From: Lobosporangium transversale
Taxonomy: Eukaryota
Reading direction: 5' to 3'
Assembly: GCF_002105155.1 (NCBI RefSeq)
Contig: NW_019028980.1
Coordinates: 868,001-932,000 of the forward strand
DNA: 64,000 nucleotides
This document shows positions 25,387-38,690 of this stretch, in pieces. The stretch's first letter is position 1. The number at the start of each line of letters is the position of its first letter. The translations under genes and the position numbers were made by a program. The notes beneath the pieces were generated by a model, which did not search any database, was not told the origin of the DNA, and saw only the letters and a list, made by a program, of their open reading frames with translations.

Positions 25387-25426
<40 letters not shown>

Positions 25427-25683
25427 GGTTAAGCAAGAAGCCATAGTTGTGATGGGGACATGGGTGTTATCTTTGGATTTCTAATAAAAATACTGAATAA
25501 ATAGCTCAATAGGATATAGTTATGCCGGTTTCCACTTGTTGAATAGGTGGGAACTGTTGTGCTATTGTGTTTTTTACTAAACCCAAATAAAAAATACACT
25601 TGTACAAGGCACACTAGCTGTGCTAACTTTTTATACGGAGTCGCGAGATGCAATGCTGTTTGTACCTGCTTAATGTCCAACAT
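24031..25683 (-). CDS. Ribosomal L1 domain-containing protein (RSL1D1/Utp30/Cic1-like), 4 exons
   Basis: Exons 25666-25683 (MLDIKQ), 25141-25286, 24565-24927, 24031-24334. Motifs EVCLFVKDPQ, KVIGVSKLRAKYKPYEAKRQLCASYGMFLADARV..LPKLLGK.FY, W.NIQAINLKT..SIALPIF; acidic tail. Confidence 0.9.
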
Positions 25684-27739
25684 GGTGTAGTTATAGTAAG
25701 GACCGTATGGGTTCGGAGTAACTGAAGTTGATGAGGAGCAGGGCGATCAATGAAGCACTATGGGGGCCTGGCAGAAGACAACTTGCTTTAGAAGGCATTT
25801 TTTTTTCTGTTTTTGTTTTGCTTTTCTCCACCTTTTTTTTTCTTTTTTTTCCTGGGCAGTCACGGCTACCGTAAATTCACGTGATATATTCAACCAAAAA
25901 GCCCTCGACTTCGATCTCTTGATCCTGCAGCAGGGACGACTGCGAATATTTTATACCTTCAAGGCAAGGAACAAACAGATTATCAGGAACAGTCTAGCCA
26001 TAGTGGGTCTGGAATCAATGCAAAATCTACGAGCAAGGTAAGTCTCTTTGCTCATCAACGCCAGCTACCAACTTCACTTAAAGATTGCCATTCGCGTGTC
26101 ATCAGACTATCTCTTATATGCATTCTGTCATAAAAGTAAAGTTTCCTCTCTTATCTCTATTGAATGTGTTCCTATAGACTAGTAAGCTTGTTTAGAATAT
26201 TAAAATTAAACAGACTGTAACCAAGCATTATCACATCTTACTCTAGTTTAGAGCTTTAATAAGTTAGATTTTAGCAGCAACAGTATTGAGTTAATCGTCT
26301 TTCAGATTTTTTTTTGTCGCATGTGTTTGTAATGGAATGAATAAGAGCATCATTTTTGATTTCCAAGTAGGTGCCCTGGATCTTTTTATTCATAACTCCT
26401 AGCATCGAGTGCGTAAGATACTTTTGCTCGTCCTTCCCGATGATTCTAAAGTGCATGAATAGATTATGTGATACTACAGATGCCATTTTAGACTTTTAAA
26501 GTTGTGGTCTGTGCTCTTATTTCTCGAAGGGTTTATTAGCTATTCTCGAAGTAATTGGCCCATTTCGGCAGCCTGACACAGCTAACCTAGCTCGCTCTAT
26601 TGGAAGTAGTGTCAGGTTTGGACTAGCTCCACTTATTTGAAAAACTCATCCTCCGATGTCGTATTTCTGATCCTATATCCAGTCTTGATCAAATTGAGCC
26701 ACTTGATAAAGAGGCGACTGTTAGTTCGTTAGGGAAATCCGTTTTACACAGCGCTGACTGTGCAAAGTTTTTCCATATATAGTTCATCCTTGAATGCCTA
26801 AAGGCAGAGCCGTATATCATGTAGCAAATATAACAGTCCATTTGAATGTAGTGACCCTGGGAAAATAAGGGGAAAAAAAGTAAAAGTATATCTTTAGTAA
26901 GAGCTATTGAGTAGAATATGTACACTATCAGACAAGTAGCAAATGCGAACAGTACAAAACTATCTGAATGAATTTGAACGAAATGGAAAGTCATCTCAAG
27001 GCGTTTCGACACAACGATATTGATCCTTGAAACTATACGGAACGCGAATATATACTTCGAAAGCCTATCCAATCGTGTGGTTTCCACCCACAACTACTAA
27101 CATTCAAGCATAAGTGATTAAGTCGGGAAAAATTTTCTTCGAGGATCTTCACCGCTGGCAACGTCCAGGGCGTCTGCTCTTCTACCGCTGTAGTCAGCGT
27201 CAACACCCGAGAGTCGGTTAGTAAACATGCGACCAAGCTAAAAGATCTAAGGGGATTAGGGACTATCTCTCAACAAGGCTACATCCTCAAAGGCCCTTGA
27301 CATCTTTTTTATTTATTACGGTGTTTCAAATCTTCAGCTGATAAGGGAGCCATCCTAAGTGATGCCGACATTCCGGTGAACGCTAGCATGTGTACTAAGG
27401 ATCATAGTATACACCTTGTTTTGATGATTCTGTTGTCAAAGAGATGCATATTTTATGGAAAACGTCTCGAAATCCAGTCCGTCCTTTAAAGATCGACATG
27501 ATATCTACAAGATTATTCATAAGCCTGCTTCATTTTCAGACAGGACAATATCCAACAAGAAGAGTCTGGATTTAAAGAAAGATTACGTCACTAGTGTCGT
27601 AATTTTAGCGGATTTTGTCCATCCTGTTTTCGGATCCGAAGCAAAAATCGGTTTTTTCCCCTATCGGCATCAATCTCATCACGTCGAATCAATTTTCCCA
27701 TCGCTCCTCCTCTCCACTCCTCTCTCACATACTTACACC

Positions 27740-29138
27740 ATGCTCCGCAACGTTATTAGAGCTACTGCTGTGCCAAGGGGTAAGGCCATGTCTACTTATT
27801 AGCTCCATTCTTTCTGCATCGGGAAATACACGACTTTCACTCACTACCCGAAGGTCATGGATCTGCTCGGATCCGAAGGGAACATCAACACACAACATTA
27901 ATGCCATCAGCAAATGTAATGTTTCATCAACTGGATATTGGAATATACACGAAATCATAGTGAGCACACCCCAATTTATTGTTACAGTTTATCTTGGCTA
28001 TACATACATTTGTGCTTCAATTCGGAATACCGAACTTAGTAGTCAACCTGTCTTTTGCCTTATTTATCGCAAACGTAGTGAGAATGGTGCTATGAAAACC
28101 ATACTGACAATTTGTTATGGATTTGTTTTATCTTATCATTATTTACCTTATTAGTACAAACACGTATCGCCCTTCCTGCCTTGGCCCGCTCAATCCATAT
28201 CTCTTCTAGTACTCTTGGTAAGAATACAAACGATTACCGTGCTAATCGCGAGAAGTTCCCAGAGGATGAGGATTCGACTCGCTTCATCCCTGGACAGGGC
28301 CCTACGATCTTGGACAAGGCATCCAAGTCCCTGCTTTTGACTGAGTTAGTTCGTGGCATGTGGGTTGTTCTCGAGTCCATGTTCAGACCCCCCTATACGC
28401 TTATGTATCCCTATGAGAAGGGTGCTCTTTCACCCCGTTTCCGAGGAGAGCACGCTCTTCGACGCTATCCATCAGGTAAGCTATCTATTTACGGCAATCG
28501 TTTCTAGAGTGAGGGTGTCATGAATATAGACAGTAGGGCAAACTAGGCATGCCTGCCAACAAAAAAAAAAAAAAGGATTTTGGAAAGGGCTTGCTAGAGC
28601 ATTTTAGTCGGCAAGGATATAATAATAAGGGACATCGGAATATCAACTCAGCATAAACGGAGGTGACTTCAAGACTTTAGTTGACGACGCTGGATGGACC
28701 ATCACCAAGCAGTCCAATGACCACCAAAATTAAAACCAGCATAATGATCTGAGTAATACGAAACTAGCTAAGACAATCAGCTGACTTGAAATCTTTTCTT
28801 TCCTTTCCACGCTCTGTCTTACAGGAGAGGAGCGTTGCATTGCTTGTAAACTTTGTGAGGCTATCTGTCCCGCACAGGCCATTACTATTGAGGCAGAGCC
28901 TCGCGAGGATGGATCGCGTCGCACGACTCGCTACGATATTGACATGACCAAATGTATTTATTGCGGATTCTGTCAGGAAGCTTGTCCTGTCGATGCTATT
29001 GTTGAGGGACCCAACTATGAGTACGCTACTGAAACGCACGAGGAACTTTTGTATAACAAGGAGAAGCTATTGGCCAATGGTGATAAATGGGAGGTTGAGT
29101 TGGCACGTAACATCGAGGCTGATCATCTTTATCGCTAA
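27740..29138 (+). CDS. NDUFS8: NADH:ubiquinone oxidoreductase 23-kDa Fe-S subunit (TYKY/NuoI), mitochondrial, 3 exons
   Basis: Exons 27740-27779, 28155-28475, 28825-29138. Arg-rich presequence; [39 protein letters not shown] and [18 protein letters not shown] 4Fe-4S motifs. Confidence 0.97.
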
Positions 29139-29917
29139 AAAGAAAAGGAAGAAAAAAGACTACAATATAATCTTGTTGACAATTACAACACCCAAAGTAC
29201 AATCACTTTATCACACATATGCAAAACATGAACACCGTTACAATCATGATCCTAGAGAAGCGAATTTTTTATTACTGTAATAAAAAAAATAAAAAACAAA
29301 AGAAATGTTGATTTTAGGGCAGTGATATTGTAGACTGACGCGAGACACCACGGAGAAGTCACTTCAAGATAGGAATATCCAAAAAGCTTTGTTCCAAAGG
29401 CGAACCATTCAGGGTTAAACTATGAACCATAGAATGAGTAGCCGAGTTCTGCATCCATTATTCAGAGGACTTGAGGAAATACGATTTTCAGGTTTGGTCA
29501 AATGACTTCGCAGAAAAAAATTAAAAAAGAGCCACAGAAGCTAGAAAAGTCTATGACAAAATTATGTCCTTGTGATGCATAAACCTAAAATTATCAATTG
29601 CACCATTTTTGTAAAAAATATCCTTACGTTGCTATGAGGACGAACAAAGATGTTTATTCTGGAAAGCTCAAAGGGACTTTATTGTTTCTTTTTTACAATT
29701 TGTTAAGTACAAGTAAGAGTGGGGAGATTTGAAAAGCGTCATAAATATCGTTACTATAACACACTCATAATAATTCTTTTTTTTTTTGTGACATTGACGT
29801 AAGCGAGCCCAGTCAGTGAGCACGCCGAGCACCAAGCTCGAAATGACAAAAGAGACAAGGAACAGTGTGGTTGTAACTGCTAGCTCTTGAAGCATTTGCA
29901 TTAAAAAAAATAGGCTT

Positions 29918-30145
29918 TTACATAGCGCGTGGACGGACTTCGGGAATGACGGGCTTGGCGATAGCAGGTGCAAGTGGGTTAGACTTGCCGATGATTGCCA
30001 TAATTTTAGCCATAGCATTCTCCTGTGCATTGGGACGGACGACAGGAACCCTGTGGCGATGGTTAGCCGTGGGGATGTTGTAGTTGTTGCGTGTGCTTCT
30101 TGGGAAGAAGGTACGGTAATAGGTCAAACGAGGCTTTTGGAACAT
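29918..30145 (-). CDS. Small basic hypothetical protein, 75 aa
   Basis: Clean intronless ORF with atcATG context and C-ending codon bias, flanked by AT-rich UTR-like sequence. No recognised domain. Confidence 0.5.
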   Translation of the reverse strand: MFQKPRLTYYRTFFPRSTRNNYNIPTANHRHRVPVVRPNAQENAMAKIMAIIGKSNPLAPAIAKPVIPEVRPRAM

Positions 30146-30807
30146 GATGGTCTTGTTTTATGTGTATGTGATGGCGGTTTTCTGATGTGGTAATGCTTGT
30201 GGTAAAGAGTTGTGGTTGCGAAGTTGAGAGAAAAGTTCGTTTTGTGAAGAATTAAAATTAGAAGAATTGTCAAAGTGGGGTTTTTATATCGAATAAATCA
30301 CGTTACCTTGGACCGCAGCACATGCAAGGCTCTCAAAAAAAAAAAAAAAAATCAGTCAAAAAATAAACAAAACAACTCTGTTGTAGCTAGCGATCATCGC
30401 TCGTCCCATTTTCTTCCTTGCTACTCTCCTCCTGTTCTTTACCCTCTCTTGCTCTCGCCATCAGCACGAGAGAGAGAGAGACAGGTTCGGTGCAAAAAGC
30501 CTCAGAGGATCCAAGAAAGAGGCATCTCTACTTTCTTCTTTTTTACACTTTTCCCCTACTACACACCCTTCTGGCAACTTTTCTTGCTTCACTCTTCCTC
30601 TTCTCATACATTCTCTAATCATCCATACGCCCACTCCATCGCAAACACACAAACACACTGTCAGCAGCCAGTAAGGCTTTCTCTCTTATTTCATTTCATC
30701 ATTAAGAAGGCGCTGAAATTACCTTCATAACATACAAATTATTGACACAGAAATCCCAAATAGAAGACAGGAAAGACAGTGCATTTGCATTCAGGAACGA
30801 CGCCAAG

Positions 30808-33800
30808 ATGACGGAAGATCCTCAAACTATCTGGCTTGAATGTTACAAGTATGTTTACGCTCGGACGCCTTGGGAATGAATTAATCCAGGTGGTTGTATC
30901 TTATGAATTTGCTCATGTTACGATCACTGATCGTCTTTCTGAATATAACTTGTCTCTAGGTCAACGCAGGAGCAGGAACGAAACTTGAAGGAGCTGCTGC
31001 ACCAGAAGGGTGCCACCGGGGTCACCCTTGCTAGGGATAGGTAAAGATCTCACTTCTCTATACTGTCATTGTTATCTCATCCAGCTTCCAATTTATGCCG
31101 ATGGTGGGAGAGGACGCAGAAATGAATGCCCACCTGTACTCATTTACAATGTAAATCGGTTTATTTGATGATATCTTTTAGATTGCGTGAAGAATATGAG
31201 CGACTGATCCTGAGCAACGTTGTTCTGGCGCAATCCAAAGAAATTGAGTCTGCATTGTGGAAAAATGTCTTTTACATTGTGATCGATGGTTATCGACGTA
31301 AGCTTGCCACCCTTGGACGCCCTGAAATCAATAGCAATGAACAGCAGGGAAGTAAGGTGGATAATCGCAGGAACAGAGATAGCGGGAGATCACGTCCACA
31401 TGGAACCAAGGGCAATAAGACACCTGTACCTTCTATTGAATACAGAAAGGTTTCGACGAAGTTCAGAGCCTTCCTTCAGGAGGCAACAGGATTCTACCAT
31501 CGGCTTATTCAGAATTTGGCATCTTGCTACGATCTGAACGAATCTGGTTCAAGTACCCAGTCATTCCCAATTAGTGGTAAGTACACAACTATACAGAAGT
31601 AGTTGACGTGGGAGACATTTGGGTCTCAAACTTATTTTGTTCGTTTTTCTTTTTGAATCTAAAATAGATAAGCGTCCTTTGTTGGAAGTCACGGATACAG
31701 CCCGTCAGTGTGCTATTAGTAGCTGCCACAAATGTTATATTTTTTTGGGCGATCTTGGTAAGTACCAGAAATTGCTTAGAAATATATAAAAAAGCGATAT
31801 TCCTTGTTTCTAGGCTGTCTCCGCAGCCGTACTCATTGGACTTATTGGACTTTTCCTTTTTTACTCATTTTAGCTCGATATCGACAAACGTATAGCGAGT
31901 CTCCTAAGAAGAACTGGTCTGCTGCTCGTGATTACTACAATGAAGCTAGAAATATGCTTCCTTCCAGTGGTAATCCATACAATCAACTAGCTGTCATTGC
32001 TACTTTTGCGCCAAATAATTTCCTGGCGCTCTATTTTTACTACCGCAGTCTGGCTGTTCGTCTTCCTTTCAACACTGCTCGCAACAACATCAAAGTGCTG
32101 ATCCAGAAGATGACAATGGATCCTGATAACGGCAGGAAGTTTGTCAGAGAGGAGAAGCCCAATGACCGCCAGGCAGCTAATACCAAGGATTCGAGCCAGC
32201 TGGACGATTTTCTTTCAAAGTTTATTCTTTTGCATGGAGCCTTGTTCATGAATTCCTTAGATAAATTCGACAGTGGACTAATGGGCGACACTCTTGAGCA
32301 ATTAATCCTCGATCGACACATCGACCCTGACCTAATGCTCAAGATTCAAATCATTAATATGTCGAGCCTATACACTAAGTGCTATATTCCTGATGAGAGT
32401 CAAACAGCGACCCCTCAGCAGCAGATTGAGTCTGAGAGACAGGCACTTGAGCTCATTCTTGGAATGTTTGCGACAATCCTTCGATACTCGGTTAAGGAAT
32501 TAGGGCATCATAGGAACGGTGATCAAAAGAACATTGGACGTCCAGCCGATTTTTTGCCATCAAATGTCCATCGCTCTATGCCTACACTGAGGCTCACTCT
32601 CAAGTGGATGCAAGTCAACATTCATCATGTCAAGCGTTTATCGGATGGTAATTCGGACGAGAATAAGAGGCGTTTTCAACTTGACATCATCTTGAATCAT
32701 TTGGCAAGATTTTTGACTCTGCTCGGTCAAGTCCATCCTTATACCGAGGACACTATTTTCTGTCGAGATGTGCTCAAAGAGGATGCAGAACTTCAAGGAT
32801 TCGCAGCCCTCAAGAGAGCAATCGACGAACGACCTCTTTCGATCATTCCTCCAAGCAGAATAAGTCCCAAAGCGGAGATGCAGATACGCATCGCCGATAT
32901 GTTTCAGGATGCTCTTTCGCTTTCCAAAATTGATTGGCTTGGTTTTTATGCCAGACTTACTGAAATGGAGGGCGGAAAGCAAGGCCTACGTTTCTCATCT
33001 GAGTGTGAAGAGGATGTCGACTCGTCTGTGAGCGCAATGTACTTGGCACAGGAGGAGGGATCGTTGAAGTCAGTATCACAGTCGCAATCGCTTGAGGAGC
33101 AAGATGATGGTGATGTCACAGACTATGAGCGTAACGCAGAGGATGAGGATCTGAATCCTTTTCATGTTAGTAAAGTAAAGCGCAATGATCATATTTCAAC
33201 TCCTCCTGTATCAACTAACGTAGTCAAGCAAGATATCCATCGTGACCAATATGCTAGTCAGAGACAAACCGTCGCCGCTTTGCTCTCTGATGACGACAAT
33301 GATCTTTCATTAATTGTTGGCAATGACGACGATGATGACGACGATGATGACGACGAAGAAGAAGAGGTTGTACTGTTCAAAGGTCGTAGTAACGCTGCAA
33401 TTGGGAAACCAACGCCCAGACCAGCACATTTGAAGACTGCAACTGGTGTCATTGGTGCGGGACGACGGGGGTCAATTTCCCCTACGCGATCAAATCAGTC
33501 TTCGCCTGGTATGGATGTGAATGGGCCATCCAAGTTCTCCTCAGTCCGCCCGTCACCTACTATCGATAGTCCGTTTGGCGGATTTGAATTTGACATGGCT
33601 GATGACTGGCGACACTCTATTAGCTCACTCCGTTCATCTCCCACCAGCAATATGAGTAGCAGTACTTGGGGTGGTCTATCAATCAATTCATTGGGCAATG
33701 GCATGATCTCTCCTACTGTTTATGAACCCAAAGACGCGAATATTATTACAGGCTTCACCTCCATTCCCTCGAGAGGGCCTCCTGGTGTTGCGTCGTTCCC

Positions 33801-34008
33801 GACATGTCCGCCCTCAATCAACCCATCTGGCTTTTTTGATGAGGAATCGTTCTACCAACATCAGCAGCAGTACTTCAGACCAGGACCATATGCTCGACCA
33901 AGAAATCAATATCAGACCCATGCTTTACCCCAACATCAGCAGGATAGATCGTTTATCCGCGGAGAACACGGCACCACTCAAAACATGAGGGGCAGCGACT
34001 GGCGATGA
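30808..34008 (+). CDS. Est1/SMG7/Ebs1-like protein (14-3-3-like Est1 domain, no PIN domain seen), 5 exons
   Basis: Exons 30808-30848, 30960-31040, 31182-31576, 31668-31757, 31874-34008. Motifs IESALWKNVFY, FLQEATGFY, SCHKCYIFLGDLARYR, GNPYNQLAV, ALYFYYRSLAV..PF..ARNN, LKEDAELQGF. Confidence 0.9.
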
Positions 34009-35925
34009 GAAATTATAGTCGAGTTAAAGCCACAAATTCGCCATTTTTTTATCATTACAATCTCTTCGCTTCGCACAACGACATATCGTAGCGACCAATG
34101 CGAGTATTATTTCTTTTTTTCTTTTTTTTTTTCTTTCACTCTGAACAAGCAGGCAAGGTGATTAAATTGACACCTCAGCTGATGCATCTATTTGAGATTG
34201 GAATAAGTCAATGAGGCAGGATGTATAGACAAGCGCTTTGAAGCCTATTGGATTACGGCGATGCGAATCTTTTCTCCGCAATACTCTCCGTCGCTTGAAG
34301 ATCAGACAAATCACTATAACAAAGTAACAAAGGAAGGAAAACGAACGAAAGCGAGTACATTATCTAACAAACGGATTTGGACATTAGATATCGAATATTC
34401 AGGACACTCAAAAACACTGACATCTTGTCTAGTATCCATTGACACTTTCATATGTCCTTTATTTTACACAATCAACGCTCTCTTTCTTTCTTTTTTTTTT
34501 TTTTTTTTTTTTTTAAAACTTCGTTCTTTCCTGGAGATTTCCTTTTGTAGTATTTGCAAAATATTGTCATTGATTTGATTTGTTTTTTTTAAGTAAAAAT
34601 AAAATAAAAAGGGCGAAGGCTCAATCATGAAGTGTGAATAAAATGATGCATATCATACGAGGGGTTCAAACAAAAAATTAATAGCACATTCAATTATGGA
34701 AATGCGAAAGAAATCGGGAGTAATTGGGCTTGGGTCTCCCCAGGATATTTGGATCCACTTTTTTCTTCGGATCTGTGAGACATGACACTCCGACTGTTCA
34801 AGCTTCGGCTTTGTCAGCTGATCCCTTTCGGCTCATTCCTTTAAATATGCATTGTTATTCTTGTGTCAGGTGGAAAGGAGAAGGCGAGACATTACATGGC
34901 TAAAAATGACCTGATTACACATCTTTATTGTTGCTCGTAATGAAACATAGGAACATTACACGTTGACAGAGACAAGTTGAATGACAATGACTATACCTTG
35001 TCTTTTATCTTTACGAATCGAAATGCACCATCTGCAAAGAAATATATACAAAAGTATGTACTAGATTAGGACGGATAGAATGCACGCGCCAATATTTTTA
35101 TTTTTCTAACAAGGAATGCAATCTCCGAGATTTCTCCTTTAACCGATATTATATATTTTACGCACAGTCTCCTTTGCAAAAATGAGAGCAGCACTGTTCG
35201 AAATGCTGTAATTCAAGTGAATTGAACAGTCCGGTTGGCCCTCATTGGGAGGTGGTTGTGATAATAAAAAAGTTGGCTGTAAGAGAGAAGGCATTGGCTG
35301 AGCCGGAATACCAAAAAGTGCATATCATTTTTTGCTCAGGGACACACAAACGCCGTTGGCGTGGCACTGAGGGTGATTACTGAGGAGATGCTATTTTTAG
35401 AGATGAAGGCGTATAAAAAGCGGACCAAACGACAAATTATCAATTACAAATCATTTGTTCAAATACATAAAATTTCGCCTTTTTATTAGTTCAACAGAGT
35501 CCTTCACATTCTTTGTTTTTTCATTTTCTTTTTAATAAAACCTTTCATCCATTTCCCAGCTTTCCCTCTCTTTTCTTTATCACCATTCCATCCCTTCAGT
35601 CTCTTCCTTCCCTCGCGCTGTCGAATCCATCTTCTGCGCGTTTGACGATCATCTCGCTCCTACAGCAACCTGCCGTCTTTCCTCTCCCACCACCGCTCTC
35701 TCGTCCTGCTTATCCGCGTTTCCTTCTTCCTTCCACTATTTTATTAGCTGATAGTTTGCCTCACTTTTTTCTCCCACGTCTGCTTCCCTTCTTCATTTCA
35801 CCAACGCACAGCCCCCAATTTTTTGCTCTTCACACACTTTCTCTCTTGAGCAAACACCCCGAAACTATTGTTCCCGCACCCTACAACCCTTTTCCGGATT
35901 ACTCTATCACCCCTGATCCTTCACA

Positions 35926-36714
35926 ATGGCGCTTGTCCGCAAGCTGGGTTTCCTGTTTGCTGCAACCTCAATCCTCTCTCTAAGTCTTGTAGCTCAATCC
36001 TCTGATGCTGCAGCCTGTCGATATAATAATGGCCGCCCTTGTCCACAACAAACACCATGTTGTAGTCAGGTAAACACCGCTGCCTACTGTTATTACCTCG
36101 ACTATATCAGCTGTATCAAAGGATTATTTGCACTGTTGTTCTCGCTAGTATATTCCAGCATCCCTGATACTCATAGCTTTCAACAGCAGCAGTAGCAGCA
36201 AATGCATAGTAGATTACTCTTTCCTCTTGGCAAAAGCTGACAGAAATTTCATTTGTTTACCTTTAATCTTTAGCACGGTCACTGTAGCAATTCACCATTA
36301 GCATGTGGTTCTGGTTGTAATCCGAGTGCAAGCTTCAACGGTCGCTGTGTACGCTACATGGCTGCAGGAGCGCTCACTACAGACAATGGCAAACCCAAAC
36401 CTATACCAAGTCAACCTAAAGGTTCATTCAAGGTTGTGGGTGAAACCGGTGTTGCAGCACAACACATCGCTCTGGTTACGCCCACAAAGATGCTGATTAT
36501 CGACAAGGCAGAAGCTAATCCTGCCAAGTTACCCAGTGGTACTTCAGCATACAATGTCGAATATGATCTTGTCAAGAATCAATATCGTGTACTTGAAGTA
36601 AAGACCAATACCTTCTGCTCCGGCGGTGGCTTCTTGCCGAATGGCACCATGATCAGTGCTGGCGGTGCAGAGTTACGTGTAAGTACTTTTGAATATGTCC
36701 TGTCATCTTTCTCC

Positions 36715-36753
<39 letters not shown>

Positions 36754-38070
36754 AACCAGTTATCTTGAATACTTTCTTTATAGCGATCTCGAGCTTTCGC
36801 AACTGAATCTGGCTTCCAGTCCCTTCGCATGTGGAACCCTTGTAATGATGGATCGTGCGGCTGGATTGAGAATCCTGCTGATCCTGCTTGGACCATGACA
36901 GGGAACCGCTGGTATGTCTCTATTACCACACTGCCATCAGGTGAACTGTTTGTTCTTGGTGGCAGTAACGAATCCCTAGCGATCAATCGGATGGCCACCA
37001 ACAATCCAACATGGGAGATTTACCCCAAGCCCGCTGGAGTTAAGGCCGCGGATTATAAGCCTACATTTATGCAATTCATGGTCGATGCTCTCCCCAACAA
37101 CCTATACCCGAACGTCTATTCCCTCCCTGATGGCAATATCTACATTTTTGCGAACCAAAAATCCATCATCTTTAACGTGGAGCGCAATGAAGTAATCAAA
37201 CGTTTACCTGACATTCCTGGTGGTCCTCGTTCGTACCCACTCACTGGATCGCATGTTCTGTTGCCGTTGGACCCAGCTAAGAATTATGCTCATGAGATCT
37301 TGGTCTGCGGCGGATCTGAGGCTCAACTGCAGCGTGCCAAGGCCCTTCAAAGTTGTGGTCGTATCAACCTCAACGACCCTGATCCTCAATGGGAAATGGA
37401 AGAGATGCCCACCCCTCGGCTTATGGGCGATGCAGTCATCCTTGCAGACGGCAAGATCATGCTGTTGAATGGATGCATGACCGGTTATGCTGGATTCCGT
37501 CACGGTAACGACCCTGTTTTTACGCCTGTAGTCTATGATCCCGCTGCACCATTAGGATCCAGATTTACAGAGTGGGAGCCAAGCAACATCGCAAGGATGT
37601 ACCATTCGGTTGCATTGTTGCTACCGGATGGTACTGTTTTCGTCGCTGGATCCAACGAGAACTCTGAAGTGCGTTTGAAGGATGTACCATTCCCTACTGA
37701 GTATCGCGTTGAGTCATTTACGCCTCCCTATTTGACCACTGATCTAGCGAGACCCGAAATATTAAGCAAGATCCCAGAAAAGGTTACCTACGCTCAAAAG
37801 ATTCAAGTGATTATTGATGTGAAGGATAAGAGCAAGTATGAGCCTGATGTGACCTTTATGCTGGGCAAGAAAGGATTCGTGACACATAGTACACACATGT
37901 CACAGAGAATGATCAAGCTCGTGTCGACCCAGACCCGTGTTGAGGGCACTAAGATAACTTATGAAGTGGCTATGCCGCCCAACGCCAACCTGATGCCTCC
38001 AGGTCCTCATTACATCCATGTCTTGAACAATGGAGTCCCTTCATTAGCTTTCCATTTGCTCCTTAACTAG
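35926..38070 (+). CDS. Secreted copper radical oxidase (AA5_1, glyoxal-oxidase-like) with N-terminal CBM18/hevein-like domain, 3 exons
   Basis: Exons 35926-36069, 36274-36678, 36784-38070. Signal peptide; C-rich CPQQTPCCSQHGHCS...CGSGC...C; active-site motifs NTFCSGG, RWY, RSYP, RMYHS, FVTHSTHMSQR. Confidence 0.92.
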
Positions 38071-38690
38071 AAGGAAAAGAGAAACAAAACTCCCTGTCAT
38101 ATTATTGTACAAAAGACCTCACGAAAATGAAAATAAAATATCTAATAATTAATACGCCTCTGATGGAACTGTGTTGTGTGTTGGTGCTGTGCAATAGTTC
38201 AAGGTTTATACTTTACTTGAATAAAGAAAAGGATCGAATTAGCATGTGTCTCAGTTGCACAGCAGTGAAATGCTAATGCAAACCCGAGAAATGCTTTTTG
38301 CCCATCATAAGCATAACCTGGAAACAGCCTCTTGATGGATAAGCTTTATTGATATTGAGTGACCCCACGCCAAGACCATGTAAATAAGAGCTAACCATGA
38401 TTTGATATGATATTAATCACGATGAAATTATTCATTGAGCCCACATGTTTCCTACAACCTTCTTTTTGTTTTTTTCTCACCATCGATGGATTGATGGAGT
38501 TGCATCAATTTGTGGCCCGTGTAACGCAGCCAAATGCCTCTTCACACTCCAACTCTTTTCTTTTTTGAAAACTGCTCAGCATTAATGTTATAAATATAAA
38601 GGCGCTCCGTTTCCTAAACATAAAGCTCTTCATTCCCCTTTTCCTTTCAAAACTTCTTACATAGATCCAAAAAATAAAAAAAAAAAAAAG

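Noticed and set aside
25761..25770. GGGGGCCTG as the partner end of the CAGGCCCCC terminus at 6613
   Set aside because: Only a 9-bp match with no subterminal repeats or TSD, and it lies in the promoter region of a housekeeping gene.
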